Positions 9,188 to 19,219 of a stretch of DNA of 64,000 nt are shown in pieces. This DNA comes from Candidatus Yanofskybacteria bacterium (GTDB taxonomy: Bacteria > Patescibacteriota > Minisyncoccia > 2-02-FULL-40-12 > IGHO2-12-FULL-4). A program made the translations under genes and the position numbers. The notes beneath the pieces are model-generated. The model was not told the origin of the DNA. It ran no database searches and was given only the letters and a program-made list of their open reading frames with translations. Every line of letters begins with the position of its first letter. Positions within the stretch are counted from its first letter, which is position 1. Where the stretch lies: positions 11,616-75,615 of the forward strand of contig JACPNK010000002.1 in NCBI GenBank assembly GCA_016185525.1. Direction: 5' to 3'.

Positions 9188-10444
9188 ATGTTGGAAGATC
9201 TTATTTTTGGCCTAGACCTAATAATAAACTACTGGTGGGTTTATATGCCTGTTCTGCTTTTGCTTGGTTTTTATTATGCCTGGTTGGAATACATACAAAC
9301 CGAATACTTTAACTCTTTGAATTGGACACTGTTGCATATTAAACCGCCACCGGACGTTGACCGAAGTCCTAAAGCCGCCGAGCAGATTTTTGCTGGTCTC
9401 CATGGGATATTTGTCAAGCCTGTGAGTTGGAAGGAAAAACTTTTCAAAGGCAAAATACCCGATTGGTTTTCTATAGAGATAGTCGGTCAAAACGGGGTTA
9501 CTAATTTTTACATCAGAACGCTGACAGATTATAAAAACGTAGTTGAGTCCAACGTCTTTGCCCAATATCCGGATGCCGAAATTAATGAAGTTGCAGACTA
9601 TATTAAAGAATGGCCGAGGAAGCTTCCAAATGAGGAATATGATCTTTTTGGGTCGGAGTTAATTTTAAGCAAAGAAGATGCTTATCCGATACAGACATAT
9701 CCGGCTTTTGAAGAAAAAATGGCTGGCTTGGAGCAGATCAAGCGCTTGGATCCGCTGTCTTCTCTTACCGAGGTTTTCAGCACCTTTCGTCTTGGAGAAT
9801 ATTTTGTGATTCAACTGCTGATCCGGCCGGTTGGCGACGACTGGGTAAAAAAGGCCCAGGAACCGCTGGACAAATTGCTTGGCAAAGAGTCAAAAAAAGA
9901 AGAAAACTTGATAGAGTCAATGTTTAATCAGATCGACAAGGTTTTTTTGCCCGGTGTTGAGGAAAAAAAGGAAGATAAAAAAGATAAAAAACTTTCTGCT
10001 CCGGAAGAGGAAATGGCCAAAGCTATCGGCAGAAAAACTTCAAAGATAGGTTTTGAGTCTGGCATCAGGCTGGTGTATGTATCAAAAAAGGAAGTTTTTC
10101 ACCGTTACCACTTTGCGGCGGTTATGGGGGGTTTTAAGCAACTCGCTACGGCCAACTTGAACAGCTTTAAAGTCAACAAAAAAACCCTGACTTACTCAAA
10201 AGGCATTTTTGCCGGCCCGTTTCCTTCGGATAAAGGTTTTCTTGCTGAACAAAAGACATTTGAAAAGAAAGTTAATCTTTTTGGATATTTAAAAAACAGA
10301 GTGTTTACTCAAAAAGTTTTTGTTCTTAACGTTGAAGAACTGGCTACGATTTTTCACTTGCCCGGCATAGAAGTGCAGGCGCCGATGCTGCCCAGAGTGG
10401 AGGCAAAAAAGGGCCAGCCCCCGGCAGGTTTGGGTATGGAATAG
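9188..10444 (+). CDS. membrane-anchored hypothetical protein preceding a VirD4-like ATPase
   Basis: N-terminal TM; FSIEI, QYPDAEI and LNVEELATIFHLP segments resemble CPR partners of TraD/VirD4-like ATPases (from recall). Confidence 0.75.
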   Translation: MLEDLIFGLDLIINYWWVYMPVLLLLGFYYAWLEYIQTEYFNSLNWTLLHIKPPPDVDRSPKAAEQIFAGLHGIFVKPVSWKEKLFKGKIPDWFSIEIVGQNGVTNFYIRTLTDYKNVVESNVFAQYPDAEINEVADYIKEWPRKLPNEEYDLFGSELILSKEDAYPIQTYPAFEEKMAGLEQIKRLDPLSSLTEVFSTFRLGEYFVIQLLIRPVGDDWVKKAQEPLDKLLGKESKKEENLIESMFNQIDKVFLPGVEEKKEDKKDKKLSAPEEEMAKAIGRKTSKIGFESGIRLVYVSKKEVFHRYHFAAVMGGFKQLATANLNSFKVNKKTLTYSKGIFAGPFPSDKGFLAEQKTFEKKVNLFGYLKNRVFTQKVFVLNVEELATIFHLPGIEVQAPMLPRVEAKKGQPPAGLGME

Positions 10445-10462
10445 TTAACGGAAATAATTTTT

Positions 10463-12070
10463 ATGGACAACGACAAAGTATTATTTGGAGAAATTAACTT
10501 CCGCAATCAGCGGTCTCGTTTTGGCATTAAGCAGGGCGATCGTGATCGTCATATGTATGTCATTGGAAAGACCGGTATGGGTAAGACGGAAATTTTGAAA
10601 AATATGGTTATTCAGGATATTCAGGCTGGCCGGGGAGTGGCTTTTATTGACCCCCACGGTGATACCGCTGATGATTTGCCTAATTTTGTGCCTAAAGAAA
10701 GGATAAAAGATGTCATCATTTTTGACCCTTCTGATCTAGACTTTCCCATCGCTTTTAACGTTATGGACCAGGTGGACGACCGTTTCCGCCACTTGGTCGC
10801 TTCCGGTTTGCTTGGTGTTTTTAAGAAAGTTTTTGGCATTGAGGTGTTTTCAGCTCGCATGGAATACATTCTCAACAATACCATCTTGGCTTTGCTGGAG
10901 TTTCCCGGAGCGACTATTTTGGGCATTAATCGCATGCTTGCCGAAAAACAATTTCGTGAAGCTGTGGTGGAAAAAATTACCGATCCCTTGGTAAAAGCTT
11001 TCTGGACGCAGGAATTTGCCAAGTACACTGATCGTTTGGCTTCGGAGGCGACGGCTTCAGTGCAAAACAAAGTTGGCCAGTTCACTTCTTCCAGTCTCAT
11101 CCGCAATATTTTAGGACAAGTTCACTCTACGCTTGATGTACGCAAGGTTATGGACGAAAAGAAAATTTTAATTATGAATCTTTCAAGAGGCAAGATTGGC
11201 GAGGATGTGAGTCGGTTGTTGGGTGCCATGATGATTACCAAAATTCAACTGGCCGCCATGTCACGGGCTGATATTCCGGAAAAAGAAAGAGCCTCATTCT
11301 ATTTATATGTTGACGAATTCCAGCATTTTGCCACCGAATCTTTTGCTAACATTTTGTCTGAAGCCAGAAAATTCGCGCTAAATTTGGTCATCGCCCACCA
11401 GTACATAGCGCAGATGGAGGAAGAGGTGCAAAAAGCGGTTTTTGGCAACGTTGGTACGATTGTTACTTTTCGCATTGGCGCTGAAGACGCGGAAATTTTG
11501 GAAAAAGAATTTGCTCCTGACTTTACGGAAAACGACCTGGTGAATTTAGCCAAATGGCAGATTTATCTGAAGTTAATGATAGATGGTGTGGCTTCCAGAG
11601 CTTTTTCCGCCAATACTCTGCCTCCTTGGCCAAGACCGGACATTAGCTATGCCGAAGAGATACTTGCTTTTTCCAGAGAAACTTATGCTCATCCGAAAGA
11701 GGAAGTTGAGAAGCAAATTGGCGAATGGTCGGCCAAGTTAATTCAGCCGGAGATTAGAAAAGAACCACCCCAAAGACCATACAGTCAGTTTCAGCAGCCA
11801 TTTCAACCGAGAGAAAAGGTTTATGGTTCCGGCGTTTATCCACGGCTTCCAACACAACAAAAACCGGCTTCTTTGCAGGAAGCCATAAGAAGCGGTCCGG
11901 TTGATTTCAGGGGCAGAAAAATTATGCCACCGGCTCCTGTTTTAGAAAAAAAACCTACCACTTCTTCAGAAAAAGCTACTGTTGATTTGCAAAGTTTGAG
12001 GCAGACCCTTGGCCAGATAGTCAATAAAAATACTGATTTAAAAGATAAAGATGAATCTCAATCAAAATGA
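10463..12070 (+). CDS. VirD4/TraD/HerA-like P-loop ATPase
   Basis: RHMYVIGKTGMGKT Walker A; IDPHGD; LYVDEFQ Walker B; SEARK..L..AHQY. Confidence 0.9.
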   Translation: MDNDKVLFGEINFRNQRSRFGIKQGDRDRHMYVIGKTGMGKTEILKNMVIQDIQAGRGVAFIDPHGDTADDLPNFVPKERIKDVIIFDPSDLDFPIAFNVMDQVDDRFRHLVASGLLGVFKKVFGIEVFSARMEYILNNTILALLEFPGATILGINRMLAEKQFREAVVEKITDPLVKAFWTQEFAKYTDRLASEATASVQNKVGQFTSSSLIRNILGQVHSTLDVRKVMDEKKILIMNLSRGKIGEDVSRLLGAMMITKIQLAAMSRADIPEKERASFYLYVDEFQHFATESFANILSEARKFALNLVIAHQYIAQMEEEVQKAVFGNVGTIVTFRIGAEDAEILEKEFAPDFTENDLVNLAKWQIYLKLMIDGVASRAFSANTLPPWPRPDISYAEEILAFSRETYAHPKEEVEKQIGEWSAKLIQPEIRKEPPQRPYSQFQQPFQPREKVYGSGVYPRLPTQQKPASLQEAIRSGPVDFRGRKIMPPAPVLEKKPTTSSEKATVDLQSLRQTLGQIVNKNTDLKDKDESQSK

Positions 12071-13337
12071 CAAGTGGATTCCTTGGCCTGGAATTGGCCA
12101 AGTTAATAAAAAACCCATTGCCTCTATAGTTGATAACCACTATTTCCGACGCTTAAGCGACAAGCGTCAGCTCTCTCTTGCTTATTTAGTTTTTCCTGGC
12201 GCAACTCATGACCGTAGACAGCATTCTCTGGGCGCCTACTACAGGACGTCTCAATTTACTGCTAAAATGGTCAAGCTAGGTGTTTTGACCAGCCAAGAAG
12301 AGGTCAACTTAAATCTTTATGCTCTTTTGCATGATATTGGACATGGCCCATTGTCCCATGTTATAGAAGTTTTTACTGAACGTAACCATCATACCAACGG
12401 ACTGAAGATTTTGGACAAGATGGTTGATGACATTGAAGCCTGCGGCGGTGATCTGGAATTGATAAAAAAATATATGTCCAGACAGGATCCCAAAGGCAAA
12501 ATTGTTGATGACAAAAATTTTGGCATGGAAAAACTTGACTACCTGATCAGGGATCAGGAATCTACACAGTTTGGACCCAATATCCGCTATTGCGTAGAAA
12601 GTGTTTTCAATCACCTTGATTTTAGAGACGGCCAGTTGGCGGTTGACCTCAAAGCCCTGGATTCGGCCATGGAAATCCAAAGGGCTTATATTTATTTTTA
12701 TCGCAATGTGCATTTGGAGAAAAGCAACTATCTTATCCAGCGCTTTATGCAGAAACTCATCTATCAGCTGTTGCATACGTCTCGCAATCAAGGCGGTATA
12801 GGCGAAGACGAGCTGTGGGAGATGGTAGACGGCGACTTGATTCATGCTTTGAAAAAATGCCAGAACGAATCCGTGAGAAACGGCATAAAAATTTTTGATA
12901 GCGGTGTCAAGCATTTTCCCAAAACGGCCATATCAATACGTCTTAAGAGTTATGGTTGGCTTGAAAGACGTGCCGGCAAATCGATTGATGTTTACGAGGC
13001 TGACAAAGAATTTTTTGAAAGATTTTATGAAAAATCCAGCCCAAGAGATCTGGAAATTATTGAGTCGCAAATCGCTAAGGCGCTTGGTTTAGAAAGCTGG
13101 CAGGTGGCGGTTAGTCACATTGTTGAGCGTGATCGCTTTATCCCACAGGATATTCTGTTTTTTGACGGTCCGAAAACCTACTCTTTAAAGGAAAAAGATC
13201 CGGCCTATTTTAACTTACTTGACAGAGAAGTGGAGAAGTATCTCTGTGTTAGAATTTGTGCTGTGCCGGAACACAGGCAGAAAGTTACAACGGAGAAAGA
13301 AAGACTGCTTAATATGCTTTTGAACTATGTCAAATAA
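12051..13337 (+). CDS. HD-domain phosphohydrolase (dNTP triphosphohydrolase-like)
   Basis: RRL..RQL..VFPGATHDR..HSLG; LLHDIGHGPLSH; KLDYLIRD. Confidence 0.9.
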   Translation: MNLNQNDKWIPWPGIGQVNKKPIASIVDNHYFRRLSDKRQLSLAYLVFPGATHDRRQHSLGAYYRTSQFTAKMVKLGVLTSQEEVNLNLYALLHDIGHGPLSHVIEVFTERNHHTNGLKILDKMVDDIEACGGDLELIKKYMSRQDPKGKIVDDKNFGMEKLDYLIRDQESTQFGPNIRYCVESVFNHLDFRDGQLAVDLKALDSAMEIQRAYIYFYRNVHLEKSNYLIQRFMQKLIYQLLHTSRNQGGIGEDELWEMVDGDLIHALKKCQNESVRNGIKIFDSGVKHFPKTAISIRLKSYGWLERRAGKSIDVYEADKEFFERFYEKSSPRDLEIIESQIAKALGLESWQVAVSHIVERDRFIPQDILFFDGPKTYSLKEKDPAYFNLLDREVEKYLCVRICAVPEHRQKVTTEKERLLNMLLNYVK

Positions 13338-13423
13338 ATAATACTGTGGTTAGTTGCCGGTTGTTTTGGGATTTTTTTAGTGCTAATCTGGTAGAAGGTC
13401 ATTGAAAAGTTTGGAGTGACGAG

Positions 13424-14407
13424 ATGTCAGAAGACGAATCCGGTGGCGGGGGAGATTTTCGCAACCTTTTCAGAGCCGGAGAAATTCTATCGTTTTTGGT
13501 TTTTGCCTTTCTCATTGTCGCTTTCTTTATATTTTTAAATCAATCTGAAGACCAGATACCAAACAAAGGATCGCCGGGAGATTTACCGTCTTACGCAAAA
13601 TTAGAAAAAGAAATAGACCTTTTGATTTTGGAAATTAGAAATAGCGGGACTCTGCCTCCGCTGGAAGACGATTTTGAGATGGATGAATCTGTTGACTTGG
13701 AGTCACAAGACTATAATATTGTCCTAGAACATGAAAAAACAAAGCAGTATCTTGAACTCGTTCTTGCAAATTTACAAAAAGATTTTTCAGAGGAGTGGAA
13801 AAACAGGGTTTTAAAACTTCGTCTTTACGACGACCGTTTTGTCGGCAGAACCAACAATGCTTTTGCTCTGCCGGCTGAAACTATTTATGTTGGTATTACC
13901 CAAATAATGTGGGTTAACAATGAAGCCGAACTGGCGGCCCTTTTGAGCCATGAAGCTAGCCACATTAAGCTTAGACATGTAGCCGAGTCCAGAAGAGTAG
14001 TTAAAAATCTTACCGTTTTTGCCCAAAAAGCCTTCCTTGCAAAGGATTTTGAAAAAGTCGTACTTTTGGGCCTAGCCGCGCAAAAGTTATTTGGCTATAA
14101 CGGGTTTGTGGGTATTCTGCCTCTAGAGTATGAAAGTGAGGCTGACAAAAATGGTCAGGCCATGCTTAGAAATAGCGGTTACGACGACCTTGCTTTGGTA
14201 GGTTCTCTTGAAAGAATTAAAAAGATGTACAACAACAACCTTTTTTCACAAATTATGCAAAAGAGGATTCGTGACCTAAAGGATAACAGCAAAAATAAAT
14301 CGGATTTAAACGGCAGAGGCAAGACTTTTATTGTTTCAAAAGAGGAAGATTTGAGGCTGATTCAAGCAACACTCCAACAATTTCTTAACGACCTTGCGCT
14401 TAAATAA
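13424..14407 (+). CDS. M48 family metallopeptidase, membrane anchored
   Basis: NAFALP, ELAALLSHEASH and ESEAD motifs. Confidence 0.85.
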   Translation: MSEDESGGGGDFRNLFRAGEILSFLVFAFLIVAFFIFLNQSEDQIPNKGSPGDLPSYAKLEKEIDLLILEIRNSGTLPPLEDDFEMDESVDLESQDYNIVLEHEKTKQYLELVLANLQKDFSEEWKNRVLKLRLYDDRFVGRTNNAFALPAETIYVGITQIMWVNNEAELAALLSHEASHIKLRHVAESRRVVKNLTVFAQKAFLAKDFEKVVLLGLAAQKLFGYNGFVGILPLEYESEADKNGQAMLRNSGYDDLALVGSLERIKKMYNNNLFSQIMQKRIRDLKDNSKNKSDLNGRGKTFIVSKEEDLRLIQATLQQFLNDLALK

Positions 14408-14480
14408 GCGCATTTTAATTTGCTAAAGTCGTTTTTTTGTAATAAAATAGGTTTTAATTAGGTAGACTATCAAATACTGT

Positions 14481-14718
14481 CGGTCTTCCAAATATTGCTT
14501 TTTCCGGACGCTCGTCCCGCTCCAGCGGCGGGACTCGCTCTTTGTGAGATGTGGATTCTGTCCAGCTTAAGAAAGCTGTCCAGACCACGCCATTGAACTT
14601 ACAGCTTATCCGTCCCTATCGGTCCGAATGGGCTGTAAGATTCAATGGCTAGCAACCTGCCTGTCGGCAGACAGGTCCACAACTCACAGAGCCTACAAAA
14701 GCAATATTTGGAAGACCG
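14481..14718. repeat. branched hairpin element E1 (CCAGCG-loop family)
   Basis: 22-bp perfect terminal stem CGGTCTTCCAAATATTGCTTTT; side hairpin GTCCCGC-TCCAGCG-GCGGGAC; contains a REP at 14655-14676. Confidence 0.8.
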
Positions 14719-14741
14719 TAAACTAACAATCCGCCCGTAGC

Positions 14742-14761
14742 CCTGCCTGCCGGCAGGCAGG
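14742..14761. repeat. REP-like palindrome CCTGCCTGCCGGCAGGCAGG
   Basis: Perfect 20-nt palindrome; variant copy at 14655-14676. Confidence 0.85.
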
Positions 14762-14780
14762 TCAGTTGGCGAAGATTAGT

Positions 14781-15017
14781 ATGTTTTTTGTGTACGTTCT
14801 TAAAAGTGAAAAAGATGGCAATCTTTACATTGGTATGACCAACGACTTGAAACGTAGATTGAATGAGCATAATTGTGGCAGAAACTTGTCTACAAAATAC
14901 AGAAGACCATTTAGGTTAATATACAGTGAAAAATTAAACGACAGGGTCAAGGCTAGATATAGAGAAAAGTTTTTAAAGTCTGGCACTGGAAGAGAGTGGA
15001 TTAAAAATAACTTATAA
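14781..15017 (+). CDS. GIY-YIG nuclease family protein
   Basis: FVYVL..LYIGMT.DL.RRL.EHN; A.YREKFLKSG.GR. Confidence 0.92.
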   Translation: MFFVYVLKSEKDGNLYIGMTNDLKRRLNEHNCGRNLSTKYRRPFRLIYSEKLNDRVKARYREKFLKSGTGREWIKNNL

Positions 15018-15030
15018 CAATTATAACCAT

Positions 15031-15103
15031 CCGCCCGTAGCTCAGCTGGTAGAGCAACTCCCTTTTAAGGAGATGGTCGTTGGTTCGACTCCAACCGGGC
15101 GGA
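15031..15103 (+). tRNA. tRNA-Lys (anticodon TTT), CCA not encoded
   Basis: Acceptor CCGCCCG/CGGGCGG; D arm GCTC..GAGC; anticodon loop CTTTTAA; T arm GTTGG-TTCGACT-CCAAC. Confidence 0.95.
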
Positions 15104-15168
15104 CAATATTTAAAAGTGTTGATAAGCCGTTTGGACTTTTGGCCGGAAAGAAATAAAATGAGGTTACT

Positions 15169-15759
15169 ATGAAAAAAACTGTTTCAATATTAGTTTTGTC
15201 AGTTTTTGTTCTTTTGGCTTTACCGGTTTTGGCTGATGACGTCAGTCCGACTCCGACCCCAAGTCCTTCAAAGTCTCCACTGATGGATCGTGGAATGAAA
15301 AAAAATGAGAGAGTTCAAAAGGTAAAAGAAAAGGCTATGGAAGTAAAAGACAGAGTCAAAGAAGTAAAAGAGAAGGTAAAAGAAACTAAGGATGTCAGAA
15401 AAGAAGCCGCTTTAGAAAAAGCCAAAGAACTTAAAAGGAGGGCAACAGAAAGGGCTCTTGCTTTGAAAAGAGCGGAGTTGGCTTATAAAGAAGCGTTAAA
15501 AATGGCAAGGGACACCTATTACGCCGCTTCAAAAAAGGCAAAAGAGGATTTTGACCTGGCCAAGCAAAGAGCCAAAGAGATGAATTCTAAAGAAGCGGCC
15601 AAAGCCGCCAGAGACTCTTATCAAAGCTCTAAAAAAGCGGCGCAACAAACTTTTGAAATGGCTAAAAAAGCCGCCAGAGTCGCTTTTGAAGCCGCTAAGC
15701 AGGGCATAAAAGCTTACTATTCAACTTCTCCGGCCACAACCCCAATGCCTACTCCGTAG
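15169..15759 (+). CDS. secreted Lys/Ala/Glu-rich coiled-coil protein
   Basis: Signal peptide (..ALPVLA), PT-rich linker, long helical repeats. Confidence 0.8.
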   Translation: MKKTVSILVLSVFVLLALPVLADDVSPTPTPSPSKSPLMDRGMKKNERVQKVKEKAMEVKDRVKEVKEKVKETKDVRKEAALEKAKELKRRATERALALKRAELAYKEALKMARDTYYAASKKAKEDFDLAKQRAKEMNSKEAAKAARDSYQSSKKAAQQTFEMAKKAARVAFEAAKQGIKAYYSTSPATTPMPTP

Positions 15760-15881
15760 TTTTGGCCTAATCGCATTCTAACAAAACACCTCCTAAGCAA
15801 AGAGGTGTTTTGTTTACTCTTCCCAATTGTTTTTTGTTTCTGTAAGATTATAGGACATATTTGCGTGGATCTATATAAACA

Positions 15882-16856
15882 ATGACCAAGAAGCTTAAAA
15901 TAGGTGTTTTCATGGGTGGGCCTTCGGTTGAACACGAAGTGTCTTTGGCTACAGGAGCTCAAATTATGGCTAACTTAGATCCGAGCAGGTACTCTGTCGT
16001 GGCGGTAAAAATTTCTAAATCCGGGCGCTGGATGGCCAATGGCAAATATGAAAATCATTTGAAAATTTTTAAGATGATTGATCTCGCTTTTTTGGCTTTG
16101 CATGGCGAAGTCGGAGAAGATGGCCGGATGCAAGGCCTTTTGGATTTTCATGGAGTGCTCTACACCGGTTCCGGCCGCGGGCCGTCTGCCTTAGCAATGG
16201 ACAAATTGCATAGCCGGGAAATTTTTAAGCTGGCGGGGATTAGCACGCCCAAGACCCTTCATCTTAAAAAAGGCGAAAATAACTCCGCGCTTATTAAATT
16301 CTTTACTTCCAAGGTGGTGAAGATGCCGGTAGTGATTAAGCCAAGGTTTTTGGGCTCATCTGTCGGGGTCCACTTGGTGGACAGCGAAAAAAAATTGTTT
16401 ACAGCTTTGGAGTCAGTCTTCAAATTAGACAAGGACGCTCTGATAGAAGAACATATCAAAGGTACCGAAGTTGCCTGTGGAGTATTGGAAAACTTTTCCA
16501 AACAAAAACATTTTGTTTTGCCTTTAACCCAGATACAGCCGGTCAGGGCTAAATTTTTTGATTACAAAGCCAAGTACCAAAAGGGAGCGTCCAAGGAAAT
16601 TACCCCCGCTCCGGTTGACGCGGGTCGTTACAAGAAGGCCCAATCAGTCGCTCTTTTAGCCCATCAGCTTTTGGGTTGCCGTAGTTATTCGCGAAGCGAT
16701 ATGATTTTACGAAACGGCGCTGTCTACCTGCTTGAAGTTAATACGCTTCCCGGATTGACGCCGACTTCATTGTTTCCCCAACAGGCTGTTGCCGCCGGTT
16801 TGAGTTTCCCTCAACTTATTGATAGAATTATTGAAAATGCGAACTCAAATTTCTGA
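15882..16856 (+). CDS. ddl: D-alanine--D-alanine ligase
   Basis: GGPSVEHEVSL, LHGEVGEDG, GSSVG and EVNTLPG motifs. Confidence 0.97.
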   Translation: MTKKLKIGVFMGGPSVEHEVSLATGAQIMANLDPSRYSVVAVKISKSGRWMANGKYENHLKIFKMIDLAFLALHGEVGEDGRMQGLLDFHGVLYTGSGRGPSALAMDKLHSREIFKLAGISTPKTLHLKKGENNSALIKFFTSKVVKMPVVIKPRFLGSSVGVHLVDSEKKLFTALESVFKLDKDALIEEHIKGTEVACGVLENFSKQKHFVLPLTQIQPVRAKFFDYKAKYQKGASKEITPAPVDAGRYKKAQSVALLAHQLLGCRSYSRSDMILRNGAVYLLEVNTLPGLTPTSLFPQQAVAAGLSFPQLIDRIIENANSNF

Positions 16857-18225
16857 AACAAAAAATAAGGCCGGTGAGACAGTCCAGCTTTTCGGCTGGG
16901 TGCATACTCGCCGAGACCACGGTAAAATTATTTTTATTGATTTAAGAGACCGGTCCGGTTTGGTTCAGGTTGTCTTTACTCCCGTTAACAAAGAGCTTTA
17001 CCAAAAAGCTGAAGCTTTGAGATCTGAATGGGTGGTAAAAATTGTCGGAAAAGTTGCCCAGCGCCCAGAGGCGATGACAAACAAAGAATTTGAAACGGGT
17101 GAGGTTGAAATTCAACCGGTGGAGCTGGAGATTTTAAATGAGTCAGAGACAGCGCCTTTTCCCATAGATGACAGCGGCTATGGTATAGACGAAGAAATTC
17201 GGCTTAAGTATCGTTACATTGATTTACGCAGGCCAAGGCTTCAAAAGAATATTAAAGTTCGCTCCGAATTTGTTAGTAAGGCCCGTCAATTTCTATTTTC
17301 CAAAGGTTTTGTTGAGATAGAAACTCCCATTCTTAGCGCGCCCACACCGGAAGGATCAAGAGATTTTGTTGTGCCTTCCCGCCTGAATCCGGGCAAGTTT
17401 TTTGCCCTGCCTCAAAGTCCACAGCAATACAAACAACTTTTGATGACTGCCGGTTTTGAAAAATATTTTCAAATCGCCCGCTGTTTTCGCGATGAAGACT
17501 TGAGAGCTGACAGGGGATTTGAGCATACTCAGATAGATTTAGAAATGAGTTTTGTGAACCAGGCAGATGTCATGGCTCTTGATGAAGAGATGGTAACCGT
17601 CATCGTTGAGTCAATGGGCTACAAAATTAAAGAGAAACCATTTCCAGTTTTTACGCATGAAAAAGCAATGAAAAAGTTTGGCGCTGATAAATTTGATTTG
17701 AGAACTGAAGAAGAAAAAAAGAGCGGAGTTTTGGCTTATGCTTGGGTTACAGATTTTCCTTTTTTTGAGAAAGACAAAGGCGGGGGATGGACTTTTACCC
17801 ACAACCCTTTTTCAATGGCAAAGCCGGAACATTTGAATTGGCTTTTGAAAGGAGAAAACATTGATAAAATTTTAACTACTCAATATGACTTGGTTTGCAA
17901 TGGTGTGGAAGTAGGCGGCGGCAGTATCCGTGCTCATAAAACAGAAATGCTTCATGCCGTTTTTAAAATTATGGGCTATGGCGAGTCGGAAATAGAGCAA
18001 AATTTTGGACACATGTTGACCGCCTTTAAATTTGGGACCCCGCCTCATGGCGGTATTGCTCATGGCGTAGAACGCAACCTCATGACCATGTTAGGCGAAG
18101 AATACTTGAGAGAAGTTCAGGCCTTCCCACAAACCAGTTCAGGCAAAACTTCGGTAATGAACGCGCCTTCAGACTTAAGCAAGGCGCAATTAAAAGAACT
18201 ATGTTTATCCGTTAAAAATGAGTAG
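16837..18225 (+). CDS. aspS: aspartate--tRNA ligase, short form lacking the GAD domain (likely non-discriminating)
   Basis: RRDHG, ALPQSPQQYKQLLM, CFRDEDLRADR and PPHGGIA motifs; 462 aa. Confidence 0.95.
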   Translation: MRTQISETKNKAGETVQLFGWVHTRRDHGKIIFIDLRDRSGLVQVVFTPVNKELYQKAEALRSEWVVKIVGKVAQRPEAMTNKEFETGEVEIQPVELEILNESETAPFPIDDSGYGIDEEIRLKYRYIDLRRPRLQKNIKVRSEFVSKARQFLFSKGFVEIETPILSAPTPEGSRDFVVPSRLNPGKFFALPQSPQQYKQLLMTAGFEKYFQIARCFRDEDLRADRGFEHTQIDLEMSFVNQADVMALDEEMVTVIVESMGYKIKEKPFPVFTHEKAMKKFGADKFDLRTEEEKKSGVLAYAWVTDFPFFEKDKGGGWTFTHNPFSMAKPEHLNWLLKGENIDKILTTQYDLVCNGVEVGGGSIRAHKTEMLHAVFKIMGYGESEIEQNFGHMLTAFKFGTPPHGGIAHGVERNLMTMLGEEYLREVQAFPQTSSGKTSVMNAPSDLSKAQLKELCLSVKNE

Positions 18226-19212
18226 ATGCGGCAAAAAGTCACCATTCTAACAATCTTGGTCGGAGGGTTAGTTTTTTTGAGTCTTTTTATTGTCTATGGC
18301 GATATTAAAAACAGATCCGAGCTTTCTAAAAGTCGGTTTCAAAATTTTGGCCCGGCCTTAATAAACGCTTCTCTGGCTAATGAAAATTTTAACTCCCAAA
18401 CAGGATATATTCTGCCGGTTTCCGAACCGACTTATTTTCCCATAAGAAAGCCTGATGTTGCTGAACCTTTGCTAAAAGCAAAATCTTTTTTGTTGTATGA
18501 TGTCAAAAACGCTAAAGTTCTTTTTTCTAAAGATTCTCAAAAAGCACTGTCTATTGCTTCTTTGACCAAACTGCTTACGGCAATTGTTTCATTGGAAAAT
18601 CTTTCCCCGGAGACAATTATAGAGATTGGACCGGAGTCTATGAATGTTGACCAAGAAGGAGCAGATTTTTATTTAAAAGAAAAGTTTTATTTTCAGGATT
18701 TATTCAAGGCTATGCTGGTAAAATCTTCCAATGATGCGGCTTCAGCCATAGCTCGGACTGTGGAAACGAAAACCGGCACAAGTTTCGTTGACTTGATGAA
18801 CAAAAAGGCTTTGCAAATCGGTATGAACAATTCCAGATTTCTTGATCCGTCCGGTCTGAATGATTCGGCATATTCAACAGCCGAAGACCTGTTAAAGTTG
18901 GCAAGGAACGCCAGAAGGTTTAAGGAAATTAGAGAATCTTTGGCGGAACAGACGGTAGACGTTTTTTCAACTGACAAGAAATTAAAACATCGTTTTGTCA
19001 GCACCAATAAGCTGTTCGGAGTTTTACCTGACATGGTTGGGGCTAAAACCGGCTATACAGACGGGGCTCTAGGCTGTATCATACTGGAAGAGGCTTTGTT
19101 ATCAAGCGAGACCTCTCTTATTGCAATTGTTCTGGGGTCAACAGAAAGATTTGAGGACGCCGAGAAATTAGTAAATTGGGGCAAGTCGGCTTTTAGGTGG
19201 GAAGTTAATTGA
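18226..19212 (+). CDS. D-alanyl-D-alanine carboxypeptidase (peptidase S11)
   Basis: SLTK, SSN and KTG penicillin-binding motifs. Confidence 0.92.
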   Translation: MRQKVTILTILVGGLVFLSLFIVYGDIKNRSELSKSRFQNFGPALINASLANENFNSQTGYILPVSEPTYFPIRKPDVAEPLLKAKSFLLYDVKNAKVLFSKDSQKALSIASLTKLLTAIVSLENLSPETIIEIGPESMNVDQEGADFYLKEKFYFQDLFKAMLVKSSNDAASAIARTVETKTGTSFVDLMNKKALQIGMNNSRFLDPSGLNDSAYSTAEDLLKLARNARRFKEIRESLAEQTVDVFSTDKKLKHRFVSTNKLFGVLPDMVGAKTGYTDGALGCIILEEALLSSETSLIAIVLGSTERFEDAEKLVNWGKSAFRWEVN

Positions 19213-19219
19213 TTATTTT

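Noticed and set aside
12309-12914. Long antisense ORFs (also 35642..36286, 62026..62682 and 10621..11106)
   Set aside because: Fully overlap well-supported genes on the opposite strand and have no motifs
13328-13394. Possible remnant of a TM-encoding gene start after the HD gene (IILWLVAGCFGIFLVLIW*)
   Set aside because: Too short and needs a frameshift; cannot be supported
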